In this document: one piece after another, positions 1-11,524 of the stretch | How the letters are laid out: each line of letters begins with the position of its first letter | How positions within the stretch are numbered: position 1 is the first letter of the stretch | Assembly: GCA_963778665.1 (NCBI GenBank) | Contig: CAVZVG010000006.1 | Coordinates: 396,358-460,357 of the forward strand | Direction: 5' to 3' | Source of the DNA: an uncultured Gammaproteobacteria bacterium | Lineage (GTDB): Bacteria; Pseudomonadota; Gammaproteobacteria; JBBQDK01 | Length of the DNA stretch: 64,000 bases | Program-made: the position numbers and the translations under genes | Notes under the pieces: generated by a model | Databases searched by the model: none | Told to the model about the DNA's origin: nothing | What the model saw: the letters and a program-made list of their open reading frames with translations, nothing else

Positions 1-450
1 CATGTCGAGATGACCGGATTGTTCACCGGCAGCGATGGTGGCGCGGAAATAATCGGGGAAGGCTTGCGGGAAATCGCTCAGGCCGGCGGCCAGCGTGTGG
101 CCTTCCAGCACCCGGGAGCGCACCGCCATGATCATACCTTTGATACGCGGTTGCTCGGTCTGCTGCGCCACCGCTTGCAGCGACTCTTCAACCGGCAGCG
201 CGGATCGCACCAGGGTGGCGAGTTGGCGTGAGAACAAGGCCAGCGCCGCCGCGCTGATGCCGCGCCGGCTGAACATCGGCGCGCGGCGCTTGCCGGCGGC
301 GCTGGCCTGTTCATGTACCTCCTGCACATCGACCGGCGCCAGACCCTGTTCACGCAACTGTTGGCGCACCTGGCGCGGGGTATCGCCTTCCAGCACGCCT
401 TTACGTTCGCGACCGGCGGCATCGAGTGCTTGGTATTCGAAGGCGGGCAT
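1..450 (-). CDS. gspF: Type II secretion inner-membrane platform protein GspF, N-terminal 150 codons (gene runs off the left edge)
   Basis: Absent from the ORF track because there is no stop inside the window. My reverse-complement translation from the ATG at 450..448 reads MPAFEYQALDAAGRERKGVLEGDTPRQVRQQLREQGLAPVDV... and stays open to base 1 (...AGEQSGHLDM). This is the typical GspF/PilC-family N-terminus. It lies directly downstream of gspE on the same strand. Confidence 0.85.
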   Translation of the reverse strand, partial: MPAFEYQALDAAGRERKGVLEGDTPRQVRQQLREQGLAPVDVQEVHEQASAAGKRRAPMFSRRGISAAALALFSRQLATLVRSALPVEESLQAVAQQTEQPRIKGMIMAVRSRVLEGHTLAAGLSDFPQAFPDYFRATIAAGEQSGHLDM

Positions 451-575
451 TATTATCAGTGACTAGTGGCTAGTTGAGAGTGGCGAGGAGGAGAGGAGTC
501 CTGCATGAAATAGATGCAACCTGCCATTTTCGTTATCCCGAAGGTGCTCAATAAAGAATGACTCGCCACTCGAAA

Positions 576-2087
576 CTATTCTTCTCTGGCCACCCGCATC
601 ACCTCTTCCAGCGAGGTATCGCCGACCAGCACGCGTTGCATGCCGTCCTGGCGGATGCTGACCGAATTGCCACGGGCGTGGGCTTCGAGCTTGTGTTCGC
701 CGGAACCGTCGTGGATCAGAACACGCATCGGTTCGTCCACTTCGACCAGTTCATAGATACCGGTGCGGCCGCGGTAGCCCAGATAGTTGCACTTCGCACA
801 GCCCTGCGGCTTGTACAAGGTCGGCGGGGTATGCGCTGGCACGCCCAATTCGTGGCATTCGACATCGCTGGCCGGGTAGGGTTGCTTGCAATCCGGACAC
901 AGCTTGCGCACCAGGCGCTGCGCCAGCACGCCGATCAGTGTCGAAGACAACAGGAAAGGCTCGACGCCCATGTCGCGTAACCGTGTCACGGCACCGACGG
1001 CGCTGTTGGTGTGCAGGGTCGACAACACCAAATGGCCGGTGAGACTGGCCTGCACCGCGATCTGTGCGGTCTCGAGGTCACGGATTTCGCCGACCATCAC
1101 CACGTCCGGGTCCTGACGCAGGATGGCGCGCAATCCGCGCGCGAAGGTCATGTCGACCTTGGTGTTGACCTGGGTCTGGCCGATGCCGTCGAGGTAATAC
1201 TCGATCGGATCCTCGACCGTCATGATGTTGCGCACCTTGTCGTTGAGCATGGTCAGCCCGGCGTACAGGGTGGTGGTCTTGCCGGAGCCGGTCGGGCCGG
1301 TGACCAGGATGATGCCGTGCGGGCGATTGATGAGCCGGCCGAACACACCGAGATCGTGTTCCTGCATGCCGAGATGATGAAGATCGAGACGCCCGGCCTG
1401 TTTGTCGAGCAGACGCAGCACCACGCGTTCGCCGTGTCCGGACGGCAGGGTCGAGACGCGCACGTCCACAGCGCGCCCGGCGATACGCAGCGAGATGCGA
1501 CCGTCCTGCGGCAGACGTTTTTCGGCGATATCGAGTTTGGCCATGACTTTGACGCGCGACACCAGCAGCGGACCGAGTACACGCTTGGGCTGCAGCACCT
1601 CGCGCATCACGCCGTCGATGCGAAAGCGTACCCGCAGCCGATTCTCGAAAGGTTCGATGTGAATGTCCGAGGCGTTCTCCTTGATGGCCTCGGTAAGCAG
1701 TGCGTTGATAAGCCGGATGATGGGCGCGTCATCTTCACTTTCCAGCAGATCTTCGGGCTCGGGCAGCTCCTGAGCGATGCGGAACAGATCCAGATCGCCA
1801 CCCAGATCGTCCATCGCTTCCATGGCCTGATTCGAGCCGCTCTCATAGGCGTTCTGCAGCAGCAGATCGAAGCGTTCCTGGTCGATGTTTTCCAGGCGCA
1901 AGGGCAGGCCCAGATAACGGCGCACCTCGGCAAGGGTCTGTGACGTGACACCCGGTCCGCACAACACGTGCGCGCCCTGATCATCGATGGCTGCGACCTG
2001 CACGCGGTGACGCTTGGCGAAGGAGAACGGCAGGCGCCGCAGGGCTTCAGGCGGCGTTTCGCTGATGGCGGTGTCAGGCGTTTCCAT
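576..2087 (-). CDS. gspE: Type II secretion ATPase GspE
   Basis: 503-aa ORF with Walker [11 protein letters not shown], a secretion-ATPase core and the C-terminal tetracysteine CPDC...CAKC. It sits between gspD and gspF. Confidence 0.96.
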   Translation of the reverse strand: METPDTAISETPPEALRRLPFSFAKRHRVQVAAIDDQGAHVLCGPGVTSQTLAEVRRYLGLPLRLENIDQERFDLLLQNAYESGSNQAMEAMDDLGGDLDLFRIAQELPEPEDLLESEDDAPIIRLINALLTEAIKENASDIHIEPFENRLRVRFRIDGVMREVLQPKRVLGPLLVSRVKVMAKLDIAEKRLPQDGRISLRIAGRAVDVRVSTLPSGHGERVVLRLLDKQAGRLDLHHLGMQEHDLGVFGRLINRPHGIILVTGPTGSGKTTTLYAGLTMLNDKVRNIMTVEDPIEYYLDGIGQTQVNTKVDMTFARGLRAILRQDPDVVMVGEIRDLETAQIAVQASLTGHLVLSTLHTNSAVGAVTRLRDMGVEPFLLSSTLIGVLAQRLVRKLCPDCKQPYPASDVECHELGVPAHTPPTLYKPQGCAKCNYLGYRGRTGIYELVEVDEPMRVLIHDGSGEHKLEAHARGNSVSIRQDGMQRVLVGDTSLEEVMRVAREE

Positions 2088-2096
2088 GGCGGTCGA

Positions 2097-4160
2097 TCAG
2101 TGCGTGGCGGCCGGCGCCGGGACGGGAGCCGGGGTCTTTCCTGATCCGGTGGCGGGCGTCTTATTATCCGCGGGTGGCTGCATCGCCGTATCCGGCACCT
2201 CGGTCGGGGCGTGCCGGAGCATTTCCTCCAAGGTCGGCAACTCCGGCTGCTTCTCTCCCGGCATCAGCATTACACCTTCGCGTTGGCGTTCCAGCTGCTT
2301 CTCGCGGATGTAGTCGTACTTGCCGTTGGTGTACTCCGCGCTGACCGCATCGTCGCGCAGAATCGTCGGATGAATGAAGACCATCAGGTTGGTCTTGGCC
2401 TTTGAGCTGTTCTTGCTGCGGAACAGCGTGCCCAGCAAGGGCAAGTCACCGAGCAGCGGCACCTTGGACACACTCTCGGTCAACTTATCCTCGATCAAGC
2501 CGCCCAGCACCACCATCTTGCCATCGTCGACCATGACGCTGGTTTTGATCGACCGCTTGTTGGTGACGATATCGCTGGTGCCCTGCACAGGCGGGCTGAT
2601 GCTGGACACTTCCTGCTGGATATCCAGCTTGATGGCATCGCCCTCGTTGATCTGCGGTTTGATCTTGAGCGTCAGGCCGACATCCTGGCGCTGAATGGTC
2701 TGGAATGGATTGCTGACCGTGGTGCCGGTACCGGTCGTGCCGCCGCCGGTACTGGAGAACGAGCCGGTGACGAAAGGCACGTTCTGGCCGATGACGATTT
2801 CGGCTTCTTCGTTATCCAGTGTCAGCAGGTTCGGTGTCGACAGAATATTGGTATCGCCATCGCTGGCGAGCGCCTGCAGCAGCGCGCCGAAATTGAAGTT
2901 CTTGTCGTTGAAGCGGCCGAAGCCGAGCGTGGCGCCCTGCGGTATCGAACTGGCGGCCGTCGCGGCTCCTGCGGAGCCTGCCGAAATAGCGCCGGCCAGA
3001 CCGGCGATGCCCGTGCCGCTGCCGGTGAAATTGATCACGCCTACGGGATTGTTGCTGGGCGAGCCATCGAATATCCACTGCACGCCCAGGTTTTTGGCTT
3101 TGGTCGAGGAAACCTCGGCGACGACGGCCTCCACCAGCACCTGTGCACGGCGGATGTCGAGCTGACGGATGACCTGCTCGAGCGAACGCATGATGTCGGG
3201 CGAAGCCGTGATCACCAACGAATTGGTGGCCTCATCGGCCTGCACATCGAACTGTTGGCCGGCCGCCGCCGCGGCGGCGGCCGGCAGGCCGGGGGTTCCT
3301 TTACTCTGCGAGGTGCCGACACCCTTCAAAACGGCCACCAGATCCTTGGCCTGGGCATAGTGCAGATAGATGACGCGCGTGTTGCCGGTATTCTCCATCG
3401 GCGTGTCCAGGTGGGCGATGATGGCGCGCATCGCCAGTCGCACGGATTTATCACCCGACATGAGGATGCTGTTGGTGCGCTCGTCGGCGATGAAATTCGG
3501 CGCGCCGCCGGCGACGGGGGCTTCGCCGGGCGTGGGCTTGGAGAGCGAGATCAGGATGCGCACGACCTCGGCGGCCGAGGCATGCTGCAAGGGAATGACC
3601 TCGACGTCACTGTCACCGGCCTGGTCGATGCGATGAATGATCTTGACCAGGCGCTCGATGTTGCTGGCATGATCGGAAATGATCAGCACATTGGTGGCCG
3701 GATAGGCCGCGAGGTGGCCCTGCTGCGGGATCAGCGGCCGCAGGATCGGCACCAGTTGCGCGGCGGAAACATTGTGTACCGGTATGATCTGGGTCGCGAT
3801 CATATCGGTGCCTTCGGCGCTTTTGTCCGGCAAGGTCGGGATCGCGGACTGCTTGGCATTGATGTCCGGTTCGATTTTATAAACACTGCCGCTGGGAATC
3901 ACGGCGAAGCCGTGCACATCGAGGATCGACAGGAATACTTTATAGACCTCGTCCTTGTTCATTGGCTTGGACGAGATCACCGTGACCTTGGCCTTGACGC
4001 GCGGGTCGACGATGAAGTTCTTGCCGGTGATCTCGGCCACCGTGCTGATCAGCGCGCCGATGTCCGCGTCTTTGAGATTCAGGGTCACGGTCGATTCCGG
4101 CGCCGCGAAGACGAGCGGCACTGTCATCAGCAGAGCCACCACAACCAAGCCGCGCCCCAT
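2097..4160 (-). CDS. gspD: Type II secretion outer-membrane secretin GspD
   Basis: The ORF is open from 4313. The N0/N1-type region (TLNLKDADIGALISTVAEITGKNFIVDPRVKAKVT) and the C-terminal secretin domain (VPLLGDLPLLGTLFRS) are recognisable. The start is placed at MGRGLVVVALLMTVPLVFA (signal peptide, GGAG just upstream). ATG 4310 and GTG 4313 are alternatives. Confidence 0.9.
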   Translation of the reverse strand: MGRGLVVVALLMTVPLVFAAPESTVTLNLKDADIGALISTVAEITGKNFIVDPRVKAKVTVISSKPMNKDEVYKVFLSILDVHGFAVIPSGSVYKIEPDINAKQSAIPTLPDKSAEGTDMIATQIIPVHNVSAAQLVPILRPLIPQQGHLAAYPATNVLIISDHASNIERLVKIIHRIDQAGDSDVEVIPLQHASAAEVVRILISLSKPTPGEAPVAGGAPNFIADERTNSILMSGDKSVRLAMRAIIAHLDTPMENTGNTRVIYLHYAQAKDLVAVLKGVGTSQSKGTPGLPAAAAAAAGQQFDVQADEATNSLVITASPDIMRSLEQVIRQLDIRRAQVLVEAVVAEVSSTKAKNLGVQWIFDGSPSNNPVGVINFTGSGTGIAGLAGAISAGSAGAATAASSIPQGATLGFGRFNDKNFNFGALLQALASDGDTNILSTPNLLTLDNEEAEIVIGQNVPFVTGSFSSTGGGTTGTGTTVSNPFQTIQRQDVGLTLKIKPQINEGDAIKLDIQQEVSSISPPVQGTSDIVTNKRSIKTSVMVDDGKMVVLGGLIEDKLTESVSKVPLLGDLPLLGTLFRSKNSSKAKTNLMVFIHPTILRDDAVSAEYTNGKYDYIREKQLERQREGVMLMPGEKQPELPTLEEMLRHAPTEVPDTAMQPPADNKTPATGSGKTPAPVPAPAATH

Positions 4161-4309
4161 CCTCTCCAGCCACCGGACGATACCACCACTGACAACCCAC
4201 ATAACGCGATCACCTTTCATTGTTATCACTCGCCCGCGAGGCTTCCTTTGATTGATGGGCAGTTTTTTGACCACGGCAGCATCCCGGACCGGCACACCCC
4301 CCTGCCGCA

Positions 4310-5230
4310 TCACCGGGATTCTCCGCCATCGAGAGTCACCGTCACCTGCTGTTCGGTGCCGCCACGCTTGATCGTGAGATTGACGGAACTGGCCGTGGCG
4401 ATGCTCTGCAAAGCCTGCGCGCCCTTCGACGGGTCGTCAAGCGCGATGCCATTGACCTGCGTGACCATATCGCCCGGCCGCAAACCGAAGCGTTGCAGCA
4501 TGCGCGGATCGCGGCCCGGTCCGAGACGGAAGCCCTGGAACACACCGTTCCGGGAAATCGGCACGACCTGTACCAGATCGAACAGCTTGGCCGGGTTGTT
4601 GAGTATCTGCTGCCGGTATTCGCGCAGATTGAAACCCGGATTGCCCGGCATGGCCACGGGACCGGCCACGTTCGCCACGCCTATCATACCCTGTGACGGA
4701 GCGCTTCCATTACTGTCTTCGGGCAGGCGCAGGGTTTCATAACGTCCGCCACTTTTCAGTATGACGCGATCGACCAGAATCTGGTGCAGCGTGGCATTGC
4801 CCGGCAGGGTATCACCGACGGCATAGGGTTTCTGCTCGCCGTCCGGCCCGGCGATGATGGCGCGGGCGGTGAGTTTGTCATTGGCGGACAGCACACCGCT
4901 GAGGGTCAGCTTGAGCTGTGTTTCCGGTGCCGTCAGCGCGGTGTCGGGGGCCGGCTCCTGTTCCTTGGCTTCGCCGAACAGATGCAGATCCGCCAGACTC
5001 GAGGCCGCTCCCGCCCGCGCTTTTCCGGGGGCCAGGGTGGCGGCGGGCGACACGGCCATCGTCTCGATCCGCGGCATCGGCCAAAGCGACCAGGTCAGGC
5101 GTGCCAGACTCCAGGCAATGAACAGTACCAGTATCAGGTTGATGATGCCGGCGGCCCGTTCCACGGCACGGCCTTGCAGCAGTTGCGCGTACGGGATACC
5201 GGCAGGAAAACTGTTCAGGAATGATTTCAT
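4310..5230 (-). CDS. gspC: Type II secretion protein GspC (N-terminal TM segment, C-terminal PDZ-like domain)
   Basis: 306-aa ORF with a TM helix (AAGIINLILVLFIAWSLARLTW) and the PDZ-like segment GLRPGDMVTQVNGIALDD. It lies immediately upstream of gspD. Confidence 0.85.
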   Translation of the reverse strand: MKSFLNSFPAGIPYAQLLQGRAVERAAGIINLILVLFIAWSLARLTWSLWPMPRIETMAVSPAATLAPGKARAGAASSLADLHLFGEAKEQEPAPDTALTAPETQLKLTLSGVLSANDKLTARAIIAGPDGEQKPYAVGDTLPGNATLHQILVDRVILKSGGRYETLRLPEDSNGSAPSQGMIGVANVAGPVAMPGNPGFNLREYRQQILNNPAKLFDLVQVVPISRNGVFQGFRLGPGRDPRMLQRFGLRPGDMVTQVNGIALDDPSKGAQALQSIATASSVNLTIKRGGTEQQVTVTLDGGESR

Positions 5231-5361
5231 CGCCGCTTTGGCTGTGATTCTATTGGATGATGTTCCACGATCGGCAGTGGGGGGTCAAGTAAGCATAGCG
5301 GCCAGCGCAATACCTTCTGTTGCGTGCCTGCCCGGCCGTTCCGGGCCGGACGCCAGCTGGA

Positions 5362-6640
5362 TTATGACCTGGGTCTGTTACGGTTATGCGCGCGCTGCCC
5401 GGGTTTGCCACGGTCACCGCGCAGCGGCGGACGTGGACGCCGCTCGGTCTTCACCGGCGGCTTCGGTTTGGTCAGCATGGCCTCGGTGATCGGCACCACC
5501 GGTATCTTGTGGCCGATGTAGGCCTCGATCTCCGGCAGCGAGAACACGAACTCCTCGCAGGCGAAACTGATCGCGTCGCCGCTGGCGCCCAGGCGCGCGG
5601 TGCGGCCGATGCGATGCACGTAATCCTCGGCGTCCTGCGGCAGATCGTAGTTGAAGACGTGGCTGACTTCAGGGATGTGCAGGCCGCGCGCCGCCACATC
5701 GGTGGCGACCAGTACCGGCAATTCACCACGCTGGAATTTCTGCAGCAGGTTCTGGCGCTGGGTCTGCGGCACGTCGCCGGACAGCACCGCGGCCTGGATA
5801 CCGTTGCCTTCCAGATACGCCCAGACCTTGTCGGCGGCTCGCTTGGTGTTGACGAACACGATGGTACGGTGCGGATCCATGTGCGCCAGCAGATCCCAGC
5901 AACAGCGGGATCTTGTCCTCGTTGGCGGTGTGATAGACCGCCTGCGTTACCTTGTCGGCGGTGACCTTGTCGGACTCGATGCGCACCAGTTCGGGACTGT
6001 TCATGTGCTCGTAGGCCAGCTCGGTGACACGCATCGACAGCGTCGCGGAGAACAGCATGTTGAGACGCTGATCTGGCTCCGGCATGCGCCGCAGCAGAAA
6101 ACGGATGTCGTTGATGAAACCCAGATCGAACATGCGGTCGGCCTCGTCGAGCACCATGACCTGGATGGCCTTGAGGTCGAACACATGCTGTTTGAAGTAG
6201 TCGATGATGCGGCCCGGGGTGCCGATCAGAATATCAACGCCCTCTTCCAGCTGCTTACGCTGACTGTCATAACCGGTACCGCCATAGACCAGCCCCAACC
6301 GCAGCCCGGTATGCGCGACCAGCAATAGCGCATCCTTGTGGATCTGGATGGCCAGTTCGCGGGTCGGCGCCAGCATCAGGGCGCGTGGTTGTGTCTTGGT
6401 GCGTCCGCTGCGCGGCGCGTTGCACAGCAGATGGTTCATGGCTGCGAGCAGGAAGGCCGCGGTCTTGCCGGTGCCCGTTTGCGCCTGACCGGCGACGTCG
6501 CGCCCGGTCAAGGCCAGCGGCAGGCACTGCGCCTGGATCGGTGTGCAACGTGAAAAACCGGCGGCTTCAACACCTTGCATCAGTTCTGCAGGTAGGCCCA
6601 GACTGGCGAAGGTGATGTCGGATAGATGTGTGTCACTCAT
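5362..6640 (-). pseudogene. rhlB: DEAD-box ATP-dependent RNA helicase RhlB, reading frame broken by an apparent 1-nt indel near 5895-5897
   Basis: The N-terminal half lies in ORF 5723..6862, starting [16 protein letters not shown] at 6640, and carries [12 protein letters not shown] and SAT. The C-terminal half lies in ORF 5362..5880 (...[24 protein letters not shown]...HRIGRTAR). The frames meet at ...EDKIPLLL|[18 protein letters not shown] if one C of the CCC run at 5895-5897 is removed. The gene is divergent from trxA-rho, as in E. coli. Confidence 0.85.
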
Positions 6641-6887
6641 GGCGCGCAAGCATACCTTAAATTGCGCTGCGGTTGGACTTGCATTGCCAGCGCGTTTGGG
6701 CTCAAATGTGCGCACGTCGCAAGTGGGCCCTTCCCGGCAGGTATTAATTCCAGACTCAATCTCGATGCGCAGCCTCCTCAGGGATGCGTGCCGATGCGGC
6801 CGATCTATTCTTCGATAGATCCCGCGCCCGGCAGTATCGCCGTCCGGTGCCCGGCCACTCAAATCAAACGTGTTGGAGGTTCATATC

Positions 6888-7214
6888 GTGAGTTCACACA
6901 TTGTCTATGTATCGGATGCGAGCTTCGAAGAAGAAGTACTCAAGGCCTCCGGACCGGTACTGGTGGACTATTGGGCAGAGTGGTGCGGGCCCTGCAAGAT
7001 GATCGCCCCGATACTTGATGAAATCGCCGGTGAATACACCGGCAAGATCAAAGTCGCCAAGCTCAACATCGACGAGAATCCGCAGACCCCGCCGCGTTAC
7101 GGCATCCGCGGCATTCCGACACTGATGCTGTTCAAGGATGGCAACGTCGAAGCCACCAAGGTCGGCGCTGTTTCGAAATCGCAGCTGACGGCCTTCATCG
7201 ACAGCAATCTCTAG
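6888..7214 (+). CDS. trxA: Thioredoxin 1
   Basis: WCGPC active site. Length is 108 aa from GTG 6888, which has GGAGG about 10 nt upstream; the track ORF begins at 6870. The gene immediately precedes rho. Confidence 0.95.
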   Translation: MSSHIVYVSDASFEEEVLKASGPVLVDYWAEWCGPCKMIAPILDEIAGEYTGKIKVAKLNIDENPQTPPRYGIRGIPTLMLFKDGNVEATKVGAVSKSQLTAFIDSNL

Positions 7215-7222
7215 AGCGCCCG

Positions 7223-7245
7223 TGTCCAGCCCTGCGGGGCTGGAC
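7223..7245 (+). terminator. Stem-loop just after the trxA stop (no U-tract)
   Basis: GTCCAGCC-ctgcggg-GCTGGAC forms an 8-bp GC-rich stem 9 nt after the stop. With no T run it is more likely a partial terminator or processing site than a strong intrinsic terminator. Confidence 0.3.
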
Positions 7246-7289
7246 GCCGGTGAGGTAACATGCTAGCGTAATACATAACCGCGGCTGCA

Positions 7290-7409
7290 ATATAAAATAC
7301 ACGGTCGCCGCCGGTTCCCCATTCAACACATTTACTTTTTATCAAGCGTCCCGCTCGGGTCGCGCCAATCCGTGCACCATCCTTTCAATCAGCCAGATAC
7401 CGCCATCAT
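7290..7409 (+). promoter_or_regulatory. C-rich, G-poor rho leader (candidate rut-like autoregulatory attenuator region)
   Basis: The leader upstream of rho (ccgccggttccccattcaacacatttac...caatccgtgcaccatcctttcaatcagcc) is conspicuously C-rich and G-poor. Rho autoregulates through its own leader in E. coli. Only composition supports the call here. Confidence 0.3.
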
Positions 7410-8669
<1,260 letters not shown>

Positions 8670-8765
8670 ATGTAGGGTGGGCAACTTGTTGCCCACGCGT
8701 GACCCACGCGATTCCGTCAAACCTTCACGTTACGCGTGGGCACGAACAACGTGCCCACCCTACAT
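8670..8765. repeat. Two inverted REP-like palindromic units (GTAGGGTGGGCA..TGCCCACGCGT) between the convergent rho and glgP genes
   Basis: Unit 1 at 8670-8700 is atgtagggtgggcaacttgttgcccacgcgt. The reverse complement of unit 2 at 8732-8765 is atgtagggtgggcacgttgttcgtgcccacgcgt. Each unit is itself a hairpin, and the two can pair to give a roughly 95-nt structure filling the whole intergenic gap. Confidence 0.8.
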
Positions 8766-8766
8766 G

Positions 8767-11247
8767 TTATTCATGCGCCACCGGCTTCACACCCCAGATC
8801 TGCTCGGCATATTCCCTGATGGTCCTGTCACTGGAGAACTTGCCCATATTGGCGACGTTCAGAATCGCCTTGCGGGTCCACTCCTGCGGTTCGCGGTACA
8901 ACGCGTCGACCTGTTCCTGACAGGCGACATACGAGGCGTAATCGGCCAGCAGCAGATATTGCTCGCCGGGCTGGGTGATGGCGTCGATCAGTGGCCGGTA
9001 ACGTGCCGGGTCACCCGGCGAGAAATAACCTGAGCCGATCATATCCAGCACCTGCTTCAGACGCTCATCGTCGCGATAGTAATCCCACGGATTGTAACCG
9101 CGCCGATGCACCTCCCTTACCTCATCGGCCGTCAGGCCGAAGATAAAGATGTTGTCCTCGCCCACCTCCTGACGGATCTCGATGTTGGCGCCATCCAAGG
9201 TGCCGATGGTCATGGCACCGTTCAGCGCCAGCTTCATGTTGCCGGTCCCCGAGGCCTCCGTGCCGGCCGTGGAGATCTGTTCGGAAAGATCAGCCGCCGG
9301 CACGATGTCCTCGGCGGTACTGACATCGTAGTTGGGTATGAACACCACCTTGAGCCGCTCGCCGATCACCGGGTCGTTGTTGATGATGTCGGCGACATCG
9401 TTGATGAGCCGGATGATCAGTTTGGCGCGCGCATAACCCGGTGCGGCCTTGCCGGCAAAAATGATGGTGCGCGGCACGCGCGGCGCGTTCGGATCGGCGC
9501 GCAACTGGTTATAGAGGGTGATCGCATGCAGGACATTGAGCATCTGGCGCTTGTACTCGTGGATGCGCTTGATCTGCACGTCGAACAGGGAATCCACATT
9601 GACTTCGACACCGATGTTATTGCGGATCAACCCGGCGAGATGATGTTTGGCGGAACGTTTGGCGGCGCGGAACTGCTCCTGGAAATGCGTATCCCTGGCC
9701 AGCTTCACCAGCTTGTGCAATTGGCCGAGGTCTGAGGTCCAGCCACGACCGATACGCTCGGATATCAGTGATGACAGCCAGGGATTGGCCTGATTCAGCC
9801 AGCGTCGCGGCGTGATGCCGTTGGTCTTGTTGACGATCTTGTCCGGAAAGTATTCGTCGAAGTCACGGAAAATGGTCTGCTTCATGAGGTCGGTGTGAAT
9901 TTGCGCCACGCCATTGACCTTGTGGCTGCCGACCATGGCAAGGTGCGCCATGCGTACCGAGCGCTCGCCCTCTTCGTTGATGATGGACATGCGCCTCAGT
10001 CGTTCGAAATCACCGGGAAAACGATGAATCACACCGCTCAGGAAGCGGCTGTTGATCTCGTAGATGATCTGCATGTGCCGCGGCAGAATGGTTTCCATCA
10101 GCCGCACCGGCCAGGTCTCCAGCGCCTCCGGCATCAGCGTGTGGTTGGTATAGGCGAAGGTTCGCACGGCGATGCCCCAGGCCTTGTCCCACTCCAGGTG
10201 ATGCATATCGATCAGAATGCGCATCAGTTCGGGGATGGCGATGGACGGGTGCGTATCGTTGAGCTGGATCGCCACCTTGTCCGGCAGTTCATCGAATGAA
10301 GAGTGGTATTTGCTGTAACGATGCAGGATGTCGTGCAGGGAACAACTGACGAAGAAATACTGCTGTTTGAGCCGCAGCTCACGGCCCATCTGGGTCGTGT
10401 CATCGGGATAAAGCACCTTGGACAGGTTCTCCGATTCGTTCTTGTCCGCGACCGCCTTGATGTAATTGCCTTCGTTGAAATATTTCAGGTCGAAATCGCG
10501 CGAGGCCTTGGCCGCCCAGAGCCGCAGATTGTTCACGGTGTTGGTGTTGTAGCCGGGGATGGGCGTGTCGTACGCCATGGCCATGACCTCCTCCGTGTCC
10601 ACCCAGTGATGGCGCAAAACGCCCTGCTCGTCCTGGTAATGCACCACACGGCCGAAGAATTTCACCGGATACAACACCTCCGGCCGCGGAAATTCCCAAG
10701 GGTTGCCATAGCGCAGCCAGTTGTCGGGATGCTCCACCTGAATGCCGTTTTCGATGCGCTGATGGAACATGCCGTATTCGTATCGGATGCCATAACCGTA
10801 GCCCGGCAGTCGCAGGGTCGCCATCGAGTCGAGAAAACAGGCGGCGAGACGGCCCAGTCCGCCATTGCCGAGCGCGGCATCGCTTTCCATCTCGCGCAAC
10901 TGCTCCAGATCAAGGTCCATGTCGGCGAGCGCCTCGCGGCACTCGTCGATGAAGCCCAGGTTCAACAGGCTGTTGCTCAGCGATCGCCCGATCAGAAACT
11001 CCAGCGACAGGTAGTAGACCCGCTTGGCGTCATAGCGGTAGTAATTGCGCATGGTTTCCATCCAGCGCTCGATCAGGCGATCGCGCACCGCATAGGCCAG
11101 GGTGAAGAACCAGTCGCGGGTCTTGGCGGTAATGTGATCCTTGCCGATGGTATAGACGAGGCGATTGGCGATGGAGCGCTTCAGCGATGCCGGGTCGGTC
11201 CCGAGATAGTCGTGCTTGTAGATACCGGGTTTGCGCTTCTTTTCCAT
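8767..11247 (-). CDS. glgP: Glycogen/maltodextrin phosphorylase
   Basis: 826 aa containing the PLP-site motif EASGTGNMKLALNG and alpha-glucan phosphorylase sequence throughout. Confidence 0.96.
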   Translation of the reverse strand: MEKKRKPGIYKHDYLGTDPASLKRSIANRLVYTIGKDHITAKTRDWFFTLAYAVRDRLIERWMETMRNYYRYDAKRVYYLSLEFLIGRSLSNSLLNLGFIDECREALADMDLDLEQLREMESDAALGNGGLGRLAACFLDSMATLRLPGYGYGIRYEYGMFHQRIENGIQVEHPDNWLRYGNPWEFPRPEVLYPVKFFGRVVHYQDEQGVLRHHWVDTEEVMAMAYDTPIPGYNTNTVNNLRLWAAKASRDFDLKYFNEGNYIKAVADKNESENLSKVLYPDDTTQMGRELRLKQQYFFVSCSLHDILHRYSKYHSSFDELPDKVAIQLNDTHPSIAIPELMRILIDMHHLEWDKAWGIAVRTFAYTNHTLMPEALETWPVRLMETILPRHMQIIYEINSRFLSGVIHRFPGDFERLRRMSIINEEGERSVRMAHLAMVGSHKVNGVAQIHTDLMKQTIFRDFDEYFPDKIVNKTNGITPRRWLNQANPWLSSLISERIGRGWTSDLGQLHKLVKLARDTHFQEQFRAAKRSAKHHLAGLIRNNIGVEVNVDSLFDVQIKRIHEYKRQMLNVLHAITLYNQLRADPNAPRVPRTIIFAGKAAPGYARAKLIIRLINDVADIINNDPVIGERLKVVFIPNYDVSTAEDIVPAADLSEQISTAGTEASGTGNMKLALNGAMTIGTLDGANIEIRQEVGEDNIFIFGLTADEVREVHRRGYNPWDYYRDDERLKQVLDMIGSGYFSPGDPARYRPLIDAITQPGEQYLLLADYASYVACQEQVDALYREPQEWTRKAILNVANMGKFSSDRTIREYAEQIWGVKPVAHE

Positions 11248-11484
11248 TGCCTTTCCTCATCTTGCCAAGGAACACGGAGATAAAAAGTGCCGCACAGAGT
11301 GGCGGACATCTTGACGGCACTCCAGTTATCTTGCAACTACAAGGCCAGAGTGGTGGGTCGGCGTTGATTTGAACGGCGAACGACGCGCAGCGCCAATCAG
11401 CGTCAAGGAAAGCTACTGATGGTGCCGAAGGAGACTGCACACGGGTGAAGGGGGTGTTGGGGCGATTTTCAAGAACTTTGAATT

Positions 11485-11519
11485 TTCTTGGCGCTCTTGG
11501 CGTTCTTGGCGGTTCAATT
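11485..11519. repeat. REP-like repeat, family B (ttcttggcg[ct]tcttggcg..ttggcggttcaa)
   Basis: The sequence is ttcttggcgctcttggcgttcttggcggttcaatt, directly downstream of pdxT. The same motif recurs at 14553-14590 (reverse), 14689-14725 and, degenerate, at 16324-16350. Confidence 0.7.
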
Positions 11520-11524
11520 CCTTG

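Noticed and set aside
3255-4742. A 495-aa + strand ORF across gspD/gspC. Similar long antisense ORFs occur at 1011-1943, 10303-11283, 15427-16371, 18448-19824, 20335-21453, 25407-26561, 33110-34621 and 42514-43467.
   Set aside because: All lie opposite strongly supported genes. They have the Arg/Gly/His/Asp-rich composition of GC-rich antisense frames and contain no recognisable motifs.
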